A DNA stretch of 64,000 nt, taken from Phyllobates terribilis. Taxonomy: Eukaryota. The notes below the pieces were generated by a model that saw only the letters and a program-made list of their open reading frames with translations, was not told the origin of the DNA and did not search any database. This document shows positions 10,721-22,773 of the stretch, piece after piece. Position numbers and translations under genes: made by a program. Position 1 is the stretch's first letter. Each line of letters begins with the position of its first letter. The stretch is from NCBI RefSeq assembly GCF_046119375.1, contig NW_027362768.1:57722001-57786000 (forward strand). Reading direction: 5' to 3'.

Positions 10721-13685
10721 CCACAAAATCTGAAGAGCCACATATTTATACACAATAAGACACACAAAAAATGCAATAGGTAAAACAGGTGATGAAAAGC
10801 AGAGTTATTATATCTAAAATCTAAATACATTTCCCAACAAAATTTACAAAACCATTTTTTTTTTTTTTTTAGGGACCACATCACATTTGAAGTGACTTTG
10901 AGGAGCCTTTATGACAGTAAATACCCAAAAGTGACACCATTCTAAAAACTGCACCCCTCAAGGTGCTTCATAGGAATTTTTTGAATATGTTAGAAAAAAA
11001 AAATACCTTTGCAAAAATAAAAAAATTGGTAACAGGAAAAAATGGACCCCAAAATGTGTTGTGCAATTTCTTTTGAGCACAATGATGCCCCATATGTGGG
11101 GGGAAGCCACTGTTTGGGCGCACGGCAGGGCTCGGAAGAGAAGTTGACTTTTTGAATGTAAAATTTGCTTGAATAATTAGCGGACGCCATGTTGCTTTTG
11201 GAGAGCCCCTGATGTGCCTAAACAGTGGAAACCCCCCACAAGTGACACCATTTTGGAAATTAGACCCCTATAGGATTTTATCAAGGAGTATAGTGAACAT
11301 TTTGAACCCGGTGGTACGACACAGAAGTTGTCATTAGTCTTGAGTGCAAGTGCTCACTACTTGAGTTTGCATCGAGTACTCATGTATGCACCATGTATCG
11401 CGGGTACTCAAGTGACATGCTCGAGTCCCCGCCCCGCACATTTCACAGTTATTAGACACCCAAAAAAAACGGAATTAGTATTACCGGTAATGATGTTTCC
11501 AGGAGTCCACGTGACAGCATCATAGGAGGAGTAATCCCATATCCTTTGTAGGGACAGGAAGCACAAGAGGTTAAAAGCCCTCCCACCCCCAACCTCCTCA
11601 GTGATTTTCCAAGAACCACATTGGCTTGGTACAACAAAATTTTATTTTAGACTGCTTAGACATACGTTAGAGTCACATACAGTAGCAATATAGGGAGGGA
11701 AATAAGGGTGCTGTCAAGTGGACTCCTGGAAACATCATTACCGGTAAGACTAATTCCGGTTTTCCAGTACGTCCCCATGACAGCACCATTGGAGTATATC
11801 CAAGAACTCATATCTTAGGGTGGGATAACTGCCTTAAGTACCATCCTACCAAACGCAGATCTCTGCTGTGAGAGAACATCTAGCTTGTAGTGTTTGCAGA
11901 AAGTAGTATGTCCTGACCATGTGGCTGCGGTACATATCTGTTCAATGGTAGCCCCTGCTCTAGTTGCCCATGAGGTGAAAATTGCTCTGGTGGAATGGGC
12001 TTTGATAATTTCAGGGGGAGGCTGTCCTTCTGAAAGGTATGCTAGATTAATCATGGATGTGACCCATCTAGCCAAGGATGGTTTTGAAGCCTTCCTGCCT
12101 TTATTTTTTCCCCCAAACTGTATAAAAAGATTAGAGTCTAATCTCCAGTTCAGATTGGCTTCCAAATAGGCCAACACTGCTCGGAGGACATTGAGATGGT
12201 GGAACTCTTCCTCCCTCTGGTTCCTAGGGTTTTCGCAGAATGATGGAAGAATCACTTCTTGGTTTAAGGTAATCGATGACACCACCTTCGAGGAGAAACT
12301 TGGATCCAGTTTGAGAATGATACAATCATCCCGAAATACAAGTCTCGACAGCAGATAGAGCCTGGATTTCACCCAACCGTTTAGCCGTGGTGATTGCCAC
12401 CAAGAAGACTGTTTTCAGAGTCAAGTTCTTTATTCCCAATTCATTAACTGGGCCGAAGGCAGGTTTGCAAAGGACTCTCAGGACAAGATTCAGATCCCAC
12501 GGAGCGGAAGAAATTCTCTGGGCAGGCCTAAGTCTCTGGATTGCCTTGACAAACCTGATTATCCAGGGATGCGAGGACAATGATGTGTCGAAGAAAGCAC
12601 CTAGTGCTGCAATCTGCACCTTCAAGGTACTTGGTCTAAGACCTGTGTCAAATCTCGCCTGCAAGAAATCAAGGATCGCAGGGATGTCTGGCTGAGAGAT
12701 GTCTACCGTCCTGTGGAACTGACAAAAAGTCCTCCAGACTTTTTTATATATGGCCTGGGTTACAGGTTTTCTACTAGCCTGCATAGTCTGGATCACTCTG
12801 GCGGATAAGCCTTTGTTCTTCAGGATCTCCCCTTCAGAAGCCAGGCTGAGAGTTGGAGTTGTTGAAGATTCCGATGCAACAGTGGACCTTGCGTCAGAAG
12901 ATCTTCCTGAAATGGTAAAATGATTGGGTCTTCCAAAGCTAGATGACGTAGAAGGGAGAACCAACTCCTCCTTGGCCAGAACGGTACAATTGTTATGACT
13001 GTTGCCCGATCTTCCTGAATTTTCTGCAGCATTCTCGGAATTAGAGGAGCAGGTGGGAAGGCATATTTTAGGCCTTCTCCCCAATATTGTGAGAGCATCC
13101 ACTGCCAGAGGATGATCTCCTGGGTCGAGAGAGAAGAAAGATGTCGTCTTTGCATTCGTTCTGGATGCAAAAAGGTCTAGGTGCGGCTGACCCCATCTGC
13201 GAGTTAGTTGCTGGAACACCTCTTAGTTCAGCTCCCATTCTAAAGCCTTCATCTGACGCCTGCTGAGGTAATCTGCCTCCTGATTGTTGGATCCCCGAAG
13301 GTGAACTGCTGAAATGGAGCTCACTATCTTCTCTATCCCTAAGAATATCCTGTTAGCCAGGGACTGGAGAAGTGGATGTCTTGGTCCGCCCTGATGTCTG
13401 ATGAAAGAGACTGCCGTGATTGTTGTCCGACAGGATTTTTACATGTCTGACTCTTAAGACCGCCCAGCTTCTCTGTAGGGCTTCCCAGATTGCCTGTAGT
13501 TCTCGAAAATTCGATGATCGAGTCTGAATCTCTGTATACCATGTTCCTTGGAGATAATAATCTCCCACTTGAGCTCCCCATCCTGAGAGGATTGCATCCG
13601 TGGTCACTAAAAGACAAGGTTCCAGAATCCACTGCACGTCCTTCTGTAGATTATTCCGGTCGAGTCACCAGTGTAGCGTCCTGGG

Positions 13686-16600
13686 CAGGGTGGATTTGAT
13701 TTAAATCTAACTGATTTAAATCACGATTTAAATCACTAGTCAGTAAGGCTTGATTTAAATCAGTGATTTAAATCAAAGTTTCTACCTAAACTAGTTCTTG
13801 CTACTTTAACATGCAAGTAGATGAAGATTTTTAGAATCACTTTTTATATTACTTTTTTCTCCCCGGTTTAATGGGTTAATCATTCATATTTGGACACCAC
13901 TGTTCTGTTGTACTTAGGAAGGAGAAAAATAATCCTGACCTTAATAACAATTTAAATAGATTTATTCAACTGAAACAATAACAACATTACAGCATAAGTT
14001 ATTTGCTTAAACAAACATCCATGTTTGTTAAGTAATTTGGCTAAACAAAATATATATATATATATTTTAAGAAACTTAGACTGTCAGCCCAGCCGACACA
14101 TGAAAAACTTAAATACTACTGTCCCTGTAGCTCACTCGTCGTCATCTTCATCATCATCTTCTTCTTTGTTCCTATTCATAATCTGGAAAAGAAAAACAAG
14201 CTTTCCTGCTTTATTGGGTCCCAACCGATTTCTCAATTTAGAATGAATGAGTCCAAAGGAAGAGAATATTCTTTCAACGCCTGCAGAAGAAGCTACTGCT
14301 GTTAAAAGTGAAATCATTACTTGAACAGTCTCTAAATCCAAGCGCTTAAGTGACTTCCACCAGTTTACTGGTGTGACCTTCCTTAAAATATCTTCAGCAA
14401 ACATATTTCTTGAATGGTTCCCCCTTAGCTCTGAAGTTTATTATAGTTGGCATTAAAGATGGATGATTGCTGGATACCCATGTCATAGCTAACTCCTCTT
14501 CCTCAGCACTTAGGTTTTGACCCTGATATTGGATATTGACAATATTTGCCAAAAAATGAGCCGGAGTCAGTGCTTGTCCCATTCGTTTGTTTACTGCTTG
14601 TAATTTAATTCTGTCCATGTGTAGTTCTGTTTTTAAGTGTTCACTCAGTTCCTTCCAAATTTCAACAGCATCCGCAATGAAACAGTTATTTTTCTGTATT
14701 TTGTTTAAAGCTTGAGAGATGGGTTTCAGGAAGCTCAGCATATGTTCAACATTTCTCTTAAGCCCAATGTTGAGGATTTTGGCCGTGACAGTGCCATCTA
14801 TTTTATCTCGATTTTCTTCACAAAGTGTCATCAGAATAGGCCAGTTTTTGATATACTGCTCAAAACAGTCCACCACAGAGTTCCATCTAACATCTTGTGG
14901 GAGCGTTAGCTTGGTTCCATCCATCCTTTTCAGAGCTGCTGCAGCAAAATGATTATTACGGAAGTATTTAGCAATTTCAACAACATTAGCCTTTATTTCT
15001 GGAACACTTAAGTCTTTGGCTAAGAGGTGCAGCAAATGAGCACTGCAACCATATGTTATTAGCAGCTTTGTATTCCCTCCCTGCTCTTCTAAATTTCTTC
15101 TAATCTTGGATACGTTTGCAGCATTGTCAGTGACCAAACTGCGTACTAGACATTTGAATTTTTGTTCACATGTTGTTATAGCTTTTACTGCCACTTCTTG
15201 TAAGTATTCTGCTGTGTGTGCATTTCCTGACGTATCAGTTGTTTGTGCAAGGAAGACTTTACCTTCTTCTGTTGTTATACAAGCACATACAATAGGATCA
15301 TTGTGGACATTACTCCACCCATCAATACTTAGGTTAACAATTTTACCCTCCAGAGCTGTTGCAAATTGCTCCATTTCTCTGTCATACACTTGATCCAGCA
15401 GTTTCCCTGCAACATCAGCTCTGCTGGGTGGACTGTATCCTGGTCTCAGTGACTGAACCATATTAATGAAATGTGGGTTCTCAGTCAGACGGAAAGAAGA
15501 GTTCGTTGCATAAATAAACTGGGCAATTTTTTCATCAATCAACTCTTTTTCTAATCTGCTAGTTCTTATCACAAACCTATCTATGGTGGTTCCAGGAGGT
15601 AAAGGTTTTTTCTTCCTTTTGGGTGATGGTGATATGTGGCTGTTGGTGTCTGATGATGATGATGCTGCTGCTAATGAAGCACTATCCTGGATGGATAACT
15701 CTGAAACTGTAGAACAGGATGATGGTGATCTTGGAGGTGGATAGTTTCCAGAATCCATGAATTCCCCTAAACGAAAAAAGTCAATGCTGTTATTTTATTG
15801 TTTATACAATTTCTGCTTACTGTACACAACACATCACTGCCCCTGCCCCAAAAGGAATATTTGTTTTTCTTCATAACTGTACCAAATGACAGTAACATGC
15901 AGTAATAATAAGAAATATAATTTTTCTCACACATGACAGTTCAGTCTTTAGAAGCAGGATTCAATAAAAATGTTTACCAACAGATCCGGCCTGTTCAGAA
16001 GTGTTTCTTTGGTCATCTTCATCACCGCACTTCTCATGATGTTGCCTCATTCGCGCCACCAGGCCTTGCATCTCTTTGTTGCATCGTTTGCATTTTGCAC
16101 GCATGTCTGCCTTACCGATAGGCGAAGGAGCTTCATTAAAATATTCCCAAACTGGGTCTCTTTTACGGCCTGCTGCCATTATAAGGAAAGAATGTAATAA
16201 ACCTCAGATCGTACACACAAACAGATCCAGACTTGTCTGTCTGTGGCTATGCTGCAGTATTGTGCTCAAAGTTTCACTTTCATTTTCTTGTCTGCTTGCC
16301 CTTCCTCCTCCTCACACTTAGATTCACATTCTTCTTGTGTTGTGCAGATCTATTCCACTCCAAACAATCAGAAACATATTGTCTAACTTCTTGGACTTGG
16401 CACTGAAGGGGTTGATTCTGTATTCATAGGTTTGTAGAACAATAGGATTAAGGTCTTTTTCTCAACTCTGTTCATGTTGTAACATTTTTGCCGTGAAGAA
16501 GAGGCTGGGACCTCTGTGGAGTCAAATTCAGTTTTGAGAACTGCGTAAGTAAAGCGAGCGTCTGTGATAATATAGGAGAGAAACTGCCCACTAATCCTAC

Positions 16601-16816
16601 AGAAACCTCTGGAAGAGCATGGCATTGTGAATGTTACACATATACAGCCTTTATTCTACTGAGTTAAACAACTCAGCTTTATCTCATGATGGAAGAACCT
16701 TTGGATGGTAAAATATTTTCCTCAAAAAGCAGTTTATTGAAAAAAATCCGATTTAAATCAAAAAAATCCGATTTTTTTGATTTTTTTTAAAAAAACATTG
16801 ATTTTTATCCACCCTG
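13686..16816 (-). mobile_element. hAT DNA transposon, 3131 bp, inserted between DIRS RT and RNase H
   Basis: TIR CAGGGTGGAT/ATCCACCCTG, perfect 8-bp TSD GTCCTGGG (13678-85, 16817-24), subterminal GATTTAAATC repeats at both ends. Confidence 0.97.
14132..16179 (-). pseudogene. Spliced hAT transposase: BED-finger exon 16179-15978, intron 15977-15767, exon 2 from 15766; one frameshift near 14400
   Basis: BED motif DPVWEYF...CKRC...HHEKC. The GT-AG intron joins in frame (G|GG GAA TTC ATG). Catalytic SIDGW, VTDNAAN, CSAH, RWNS and VERIFS motifs are present, with an acidic tail. Confidence 0.9.
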
Positions 16817-19027
16817 GTCCTGGGCGTCTCTGGACAAAGACATCTTCCTGTCTAAGCAATCCTGATGTCCGTCTGTCACTTCAAGGATGCATTTCTGTAG
16901 AGGTCTGGAATGGAACTGGCTCCATCTGACGCAGGTGATGCATGACGTCATGATTCCCAAAATAATCATAGCCTTCCGGATTGAAGGTTCCTTCTCTCTT
17001 GCAAAAGAACGAATCCTTTGTGGAATTGAGAGCATCTTGTCTTCCGGAAGACAAGACATTCGTATTTGGGAGTCGAGATGGACTCCCAGGAAGATGTGTG
17101 ATGTACTTGGGACAAGATTGGATTTTTCTTTGTTCACAATCAAGCCCAGGCTGGTTAATGTCTGTAGGACAAATTCCAGATGTTGCGTCATACCTAGAGG
17201 AGATCCTGCCACCAACAGGAAGTCGTCCAAGTACGGAATGAGGGTAATATCCCTGAATCGGATATAGGCCACTACCCCTACCATGATCTTTGTAAAGATT
17301 CTGGGAGCAGATGACAGGCCAAAGGGAAGACATCGGAACTGGTAGAGTAGAATCTGACTGCCTGATGGTAGTGCAAACCTCAGATATTGCTGACTTGAGG
17401 GATGTATTAGCAGGTGGTAGTATGCATCCCTGAAGTCCAGGATGCACATTACCGCATCCGCGTCTATTAGAGGGATGGCTGATCTTACCGATTCCATGCG
17501 GAATTTTTTGTAGCGGACCCATCGGTTTAGGGGTTTCAGGTTGATAATTGTACGGAACTCCCCTGACGGTTTCTTTATTGAAAACAGAGAGGAGTAATGG
17601 CCCCGATGTTGTTCGTGTTCTGGAACTGGTACAATAACCCTCTGAAGTAGCAGCTTCTCTATGCCTGCCCGCAGACAGGAAAGAGAGGTAGGGGAACCTC
17701 TCGTCAGGCGGAATTTTTGAGGGGGATTTTGAGAAAATTATATCCTGTAACCCTGCGCTATAGTTGTTAGTATCCAGGGATTTTGAGTTACCCGTTGCCA
17801 ACTGTTTCTGAAAAACTTTAATCGCCCTCCTACTCTGACATAGTCATTGTCGTTTTGGATGGGAACTAGTACTGGGCTGGTATTTTTTATCTTTGCTCCC
17901 CTTATTAAAACTCCTGCTTATGGACCCCCCCCTTTTTTCTGCGTGTTATATTTACGGGAGGGGAAAGGTTTACGAAAGGGCTGCTCCTTTTTTCCCCTCA
18001 GGAAACCCTTCTTATTATCGGACGCTTTTTCTAGAATGTCATCTAGTATAGGTCCAAATACTCTGAGCCCAGAAAATGGAATGGAGCACAGTTTGTTCTT
18101 AGAAGCTGTATCTCCAGACCATGTTTTTAACCAAACAGCTCTACGGGCTGAGTTGGAAAGCGCATTATTTCTGGCCGCAAATCTGACCGATTCCGCTGAA
18201 GCGTCGGCCATAAAATTTGTTGCCATTTTTAAAAAGGGGCAATGATTGAAGGAGAGATTCCCTCGGGCTGCCATGTCGTAGATGACTCTCTAGCTCTTCT
18301 AGCCAGACTCTTATGGATCTGGCAATAGATGTAGCAGCGACATTAGATTTAATAATTGCCACTGAAGCTTCCCAGGTTTTTTTTTCAAAAGTCCATCCGC
18401 CTTCCTAACCATAGGATCTTTAAGTCCTGACGAGTCTTCAAAAGGGGATAGAGGTTTTCTTGACCACCTTACCACCGGGACGTCAATTTTAGGAATAGTG
18501 TCCCACACATTGGTGTCCTCTGGGTCAAAAGATAGTCGAGCGCGGAAGTCTCATGGTATAGAGTCTCTTCTCCGCATCCTCCCATTCCTCTAGTATCATG
18601 TCCTTCACATGAGCATTAACAGGAAAAAAACATGGATCTCTGGGTTCTAAGACCACCAAACATCTCATCCTGAATGTTACTGCTCTTCTCTGTTTCCTCT
18701 ACCGGCATCGTTTTTCAGACTGCTCGAAGAAGAATATCCATACCATCTGAGTGGAACAAATATCTTTCCAGCTCCCTGCCCTGAGGTGGACTAATGGTCT
18801 CACTGTCAGAGTCGCCAGATGGGTCAATTTCACCCTCAGAAGATGGTGCTATATCTTCTCTGGGTCTTTTGGGACCCTGGACATCCTGGACTCCTGAACC
18901 TGGGGGCTGCAGAGACGTAATACAACCCTGAACCTCTTCTTTGAATATACTATGCATCTCGTTTAAAAAAGCCCCATGCTCCTCCTTTAGCATGGAGGCT
19001 CTACATTCAGCACATAGCCGTTTTGTA

Positions 19028-19240
19028 CAGTACAGACCAAAAGTTTGGACACACCTTCTCATTTAAAGATTTTTCTGTATTTTCATGACTTTGAAAATTG
19101 TCCATTCACACTGAAGGCATCAAAACTATGAATTAACACATGTGGAATTATATACTTAACAAAAAAGTGTGAAACAACTGAAAATATGTCTTATATTCTA
19201 GGTTCTTCAAAGTAGCCACCTTTTGTTTTGATGACTGCTC
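19028..19240 (+). mobile_element. Left arm of Tc1 (same family as 36029-37628) inserted at TA in DIRS #1 gag; remainder deleted
   Basis: TA|CAGTACAGACCAAAAGTTTGGACACACC... closely matches 36029 onward for ~210 bp. Confidence 0.88.
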
Positions 19241-21663
19241 TAGCACAACCCTAACCCGGACCCTAGCATAACCCTAGAGTTTAATTTTTTACGCCGTTCC
19301 TCGTGCGGTGTAAGTGATTAGACCGCTTTATTCTTCGGGTCGGTGCAATTACAGCGATACCAGAATCATATCGGGTTTTTATTATTGACAGCTGTCACAC
19401 ACTAAACGACGATTTTATTTTGCAAAGACTAGTTTTTGCATCACCACATTTTGCGAGCTATAATTTTTCCGTATTTCGGCCAACAGTCACGTGACGGCTT
19501 GTTTTTTTGCGGGACAAGTTGACGTTTTTATTGGTACCATTTTTGGGCACATGACATTTTTTGATCGCTTTCTATTCCAATTTTTGAGAGGGAGAATAAA
19601 CAAAAACCAACAATTCCGGAATTGTTTTTTTTAATGCTGTTCCGCGTGTGGTAAAATTGATAAAGCAGCGTTAGTCAGTATGATTACAGAGGTACTACAT
19701 TTATATAGTTTTTTTTTTTATGTTTTGGCGCTTTTACACAAACTATTTTATAGAAAAAATTAGTTTTGTAACGCTTTATTCTGAGAGCTATAACTTTTTT
19801 TTTTTTGGCCAATGGAGCTGTATGGCGGCTTGTTTTTTGCGGGACAAGATGACGTTTTCAGTGATACCATTTCTATTTGCATTCGACTTTTTGATAACGT
19901 TTTATTACATTTTTTGTTTGGCGGTATGATGATAAACAGCATTGGACACCTGCAGGAGAGGCGAGTATCGGAAATCACCTCCCCTTGCCCCCGCAATGCT
20001 GCAATAGACATTTATCGCAGCATTGAGGGGGTTAATGTGCAGGGAGTGGTGCAGGACCGCTCCCTGCACATAGTACCGGCTGTCAGCTGTGACCATCAGC
20101 TGACACCTGGCGATGATCGCCCTGCACCGCTTGTGTGCGGGCGCGATCGCCATATGACCTAATAGTACGTCACTGGTCCAATCAGCCCAGGTCACCATGA
20201 CGTACTATTAGGTCACACGTCAGAAAGGGGTTAATCCAAAGGGTGTGCAACCACATATTAAGTTGAGGGTGCCAACAATTTTGTCCTGATCATTTTTGGG
20301 GGTTTTGGGGGAAATTATGTCCAATTTGCCATTATTTTCCTCTTTTTTTTGTTCCAATATACACAAAGGAAATATACATGTGTATAACAAAACATGTGTA
20401 ATTGCAATAATTTTCTGGGAGAAATACTTAACTTTCTTGAACAATTTCAAGTGCGCCAACACTTTTGGCCATGACTGTATATGGAAAAAAAATGATGCAC
20501 CAAGCGTCAGTACCTTGTTTGAAAAGTCATTCTGTGCTGATAAACTTCCTTTAAATGCTATGCAGCCGCTGCAGTAGGGTGTCAGCTATGATATACACCA
20601 GGCAGCAGCTGATGGTGCTGACTAACAAGCATGCTTATGAGCCAACAGCATCATTGAATCACTGTACATGCATGGCGGTTTGCGGGAAGTCACCTCCCAC
20701 TGTGCTGGACATGTACAGTACATGTCGGGAAGGGGTTAAAAAAATAACTCCATTTTAACCTACCACTATCAATCCAAGAGAGGGGTATGAGACGGCTCTG
20801 CTCTGACACGCTGCTCCGGGGTGATGGCATTAAGGGGTGCTGGCTCACTCCTCCTTCACCCTGCTCTCTGCTGTCCCAAGGAATATCTCCGGAGTTCTGA
20901 TGCCACACACGTGACCGCCTCATGTGCCACAGTATTGGTACTAACATACATTGTACAACTGATATGGAAAAGTTGTAGAGACTTTCTGCAAGTCTGAAAA
21001 ATTATATGCAAATTGTGCAGAAACAATTCAGATTTACCGTACAAGAAACTTCAACAGCATACCAGCCTCATGTGAACATAGATCTTATAACCAGAGGAAT
21101 TTCCCATCCAATTATCTGTGCAGTTTCCTTCCACTGAAATCTGACATTTGATTGCAGATATTATGAAAGGGCCGGGCTAAAAACTTTTTCCTCTTAGCAT
21201 TTCTATTGACTAGTTGTAAAAAGGAGACATGTCTTAAAGTTTTCCCCCCCAATATAAACCATGGGCCCACCCTTTAATAGGGTGCCTGACGTATGTGTAT
21301 GATATAGGTGACGTCAATCACGGCTGAGGAGACAGCACCCATTGAGCCGCTAGCATACAGTACATGACAATTATAGTCAATTTTGGACCTACTGAGGGTG
21401 ATGGGGCTCATGTCAAGGGGGTTGCAGAAATTCTATCAGAAGAGGGCTAAAAGGTGGTAGATATTGCGTACACAAGGAAAATCGGGTATCAAGTTCCCTA
21501 TCATGGCAACAATCCAATCCCAACAAAACTCTGCGAATGAAGAGCTAAATGTTATCATTTTACACAAATCAGCACAGTAGCATAGAATTGGCTATTTGCT
21601 TCAGATTTGGGTCAGAGAAGCATCATCTGCTAAAGTTGTGCAGCTTAATAAAAATAACCAAAC

Positions 21664-21737
21664 CTGTAAAGCCACAAGACGGATATTGGACGTCTCAAGA
21701 TCTTTAACTTTCTCATTCAATTCTTTTTGTTCTTCAC
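21664..21737 (-). CDS. TPR: TPR coding exon 3 (74 nt)
   Basis: Acceptor TTTATTTAAG, donor CAG|GTTTGG. Encodes (G)EEQKELNEKVKDLETSNIRLVALQ, a coiled-coil segment that bridges the phase between exons 2 and 4. Confidence 0.88.
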
Positions 21738-21929
21738 CTTAAATAAACAATGAAGCATGTAAATGTCTTCACAAATGCCATAATGGTAAAAAATACAATA
21801 AATTAAATGGGTTACACATAATCTGTGCTCTAATATGTTATGAAGAATTGGAGCACATTAGTAACAGGTTTTATTAATAAACTGCATATCTTTAAGTATG
21901 TTTCTCTGCCTGACTACATCTTCAATTAA

Positions 21930-22350
21930 AGTGCACCTGTCAGCAGGGTTGTGCTCAGTAAACTACATACACTATCAGGTGGGCGCCATTACACTGATTA
22001 ATATGATACCTTGGTTGATGAAATCCGTCCTATGGTTCTTGTGTAAGCTTTACTTTCAGTTTGGAGAGGATATTCTCGTGATTCAGGGCGGCCTGTGGGG
22101 GGCGCTCTATCTGGTTCTCGGCTTATATATTCATCTGTATGCTCTTATGAGAGCTCAGTGTGCCTTCACTGACCGGCCTCCTATAAATCCAGAAATTTAC
22201 ATGCAGCAATATGGCCGCACATTAACAGTAACATCTATCGGCAAACAAGATATTTTACTGCAAATGCGCGGCCATATTGCTGCATGTAAGTTTCTGGATT
22301 TCTGACAGTGTATGTAGTTTACTGAGCACAATCCTGCTGACCGGTGCGCT
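21930..22350. mobile_element. Kolobok-like MITE in TPR intron 2
   Basis: TTAA|AGTGCACCTGTCAGCAGG...CCTGCTGACCGGTGCGCT|TTAA, with ~55-bp TIRs. Confidence 0.85.
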
Positions 22351-22668
22351 TTAACAGCCATGTAACTCTGAAAAGTCTTTATACTTGTTGGCTTCTGTGG
22401 ATGTTGATGGATCAGTTTTGAAAAGTTTTGTCTTCATTATTCTAAGCAAAAAATAATCACAGTTTACAAAATAGAAGGCATGAAGAGAGGAAAGATTAAG
22501 AGGAGCAGCCTTATATACTCAGTAACTAACACTCCACAAGCGGTGCCCAGTGCAGATTAAGGACAGGCACAGGGTAGACAAGCGGATCACCAGTCTACCA
22601 GGGGAAATAAAATGATAACATTGAAAACACCTCACAAATACGTGCAAAAGAATTCCCCAGGTACCTAC

Positions 22669-22773
22669 CTTTCTTACTGAGCTGATCCCTCAGACTCTGA
22701 CTCTCTTGTGTCTTAGATACAAGGTATTCCTGACTTTGAGTTAACCGCTTCTCAATTTCAAAGTACTGCTGGT
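22669..22773 (-). CDS. TPR: TPR coding exon 2 (105 nt)
   Basis: Acceptor TTTTCCTCATAG, donor AAG|GTAGGT. Encodes (D)QQYFEIEKRLTQSQEYLVSKTQESQSLRDQLSKK, matching TPR EQQYFEIEKRLSHSQERLV; phase 1 to phase 1. Confidence 0.95.

Larger units (their letters stand above)
11462..19025 (-). mobile_element. DIRS1-type retrotransposon #1 (5'-truncated, degenerate)
   Basis: gag-like region 17918-19020; RT 16817-17497 (DAYYH, LPFGLSSAPRIFTK, YLDD); RNase H TTDA..GWG (13339-13685); MT-like DLFAS...AFPP; tyrosine recombinase 11815-12800 (HSTRA...WSGHTTFCKHY). 3' ITR extension (11470-11520) is complementary to the ICR (11709-11760). Confidence 0.95.
10206..20230. mobile_element. TTAA-flanked piggyBac-like non-autonomous element carrying nested inserts
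   Basis: TTAA|CCACTT...AAGGGG|TTAA. Segments 10206-11310 and 19280-20230 are reverse complements of parts of the 53.4-56.3 kb copy. No transposase seen. Confidence 0.82.
9627..20477 (+). mobile_element. Internally deleted Tc1 element (~820 bp of its own sequence) split by a ~10-kb nested insertion
   Basis: Left TIR CAGTCATGCCCGAAAG... at 9627 is complementary to the right TIR ...CTTTTGGCCATGACTG|TA at 20477. The Tc1 3' sequence GCAGTTATTTAA|TCCAAAGGGTGTGC rejoins across a TTAA duplication (10202-05 / 20231-34). Confidence 0.88.

Noticed and set aside
11815-12372. Phage-integrase-like tyrosine recombinase suggesting prophage or horizontal transfer
   Set aside because: It is the normal YR of a DIRS1 retrotransposon, with adjacent RT/RNase H and ITR/ICR.
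19240-19280. CTAACC-like repeats suggesting interstitial telomere
   Set aside because: Only 2-3 degenerate units; more likely an internal satellite remnant of the piggyBac-like family at a deletion breakpoint.
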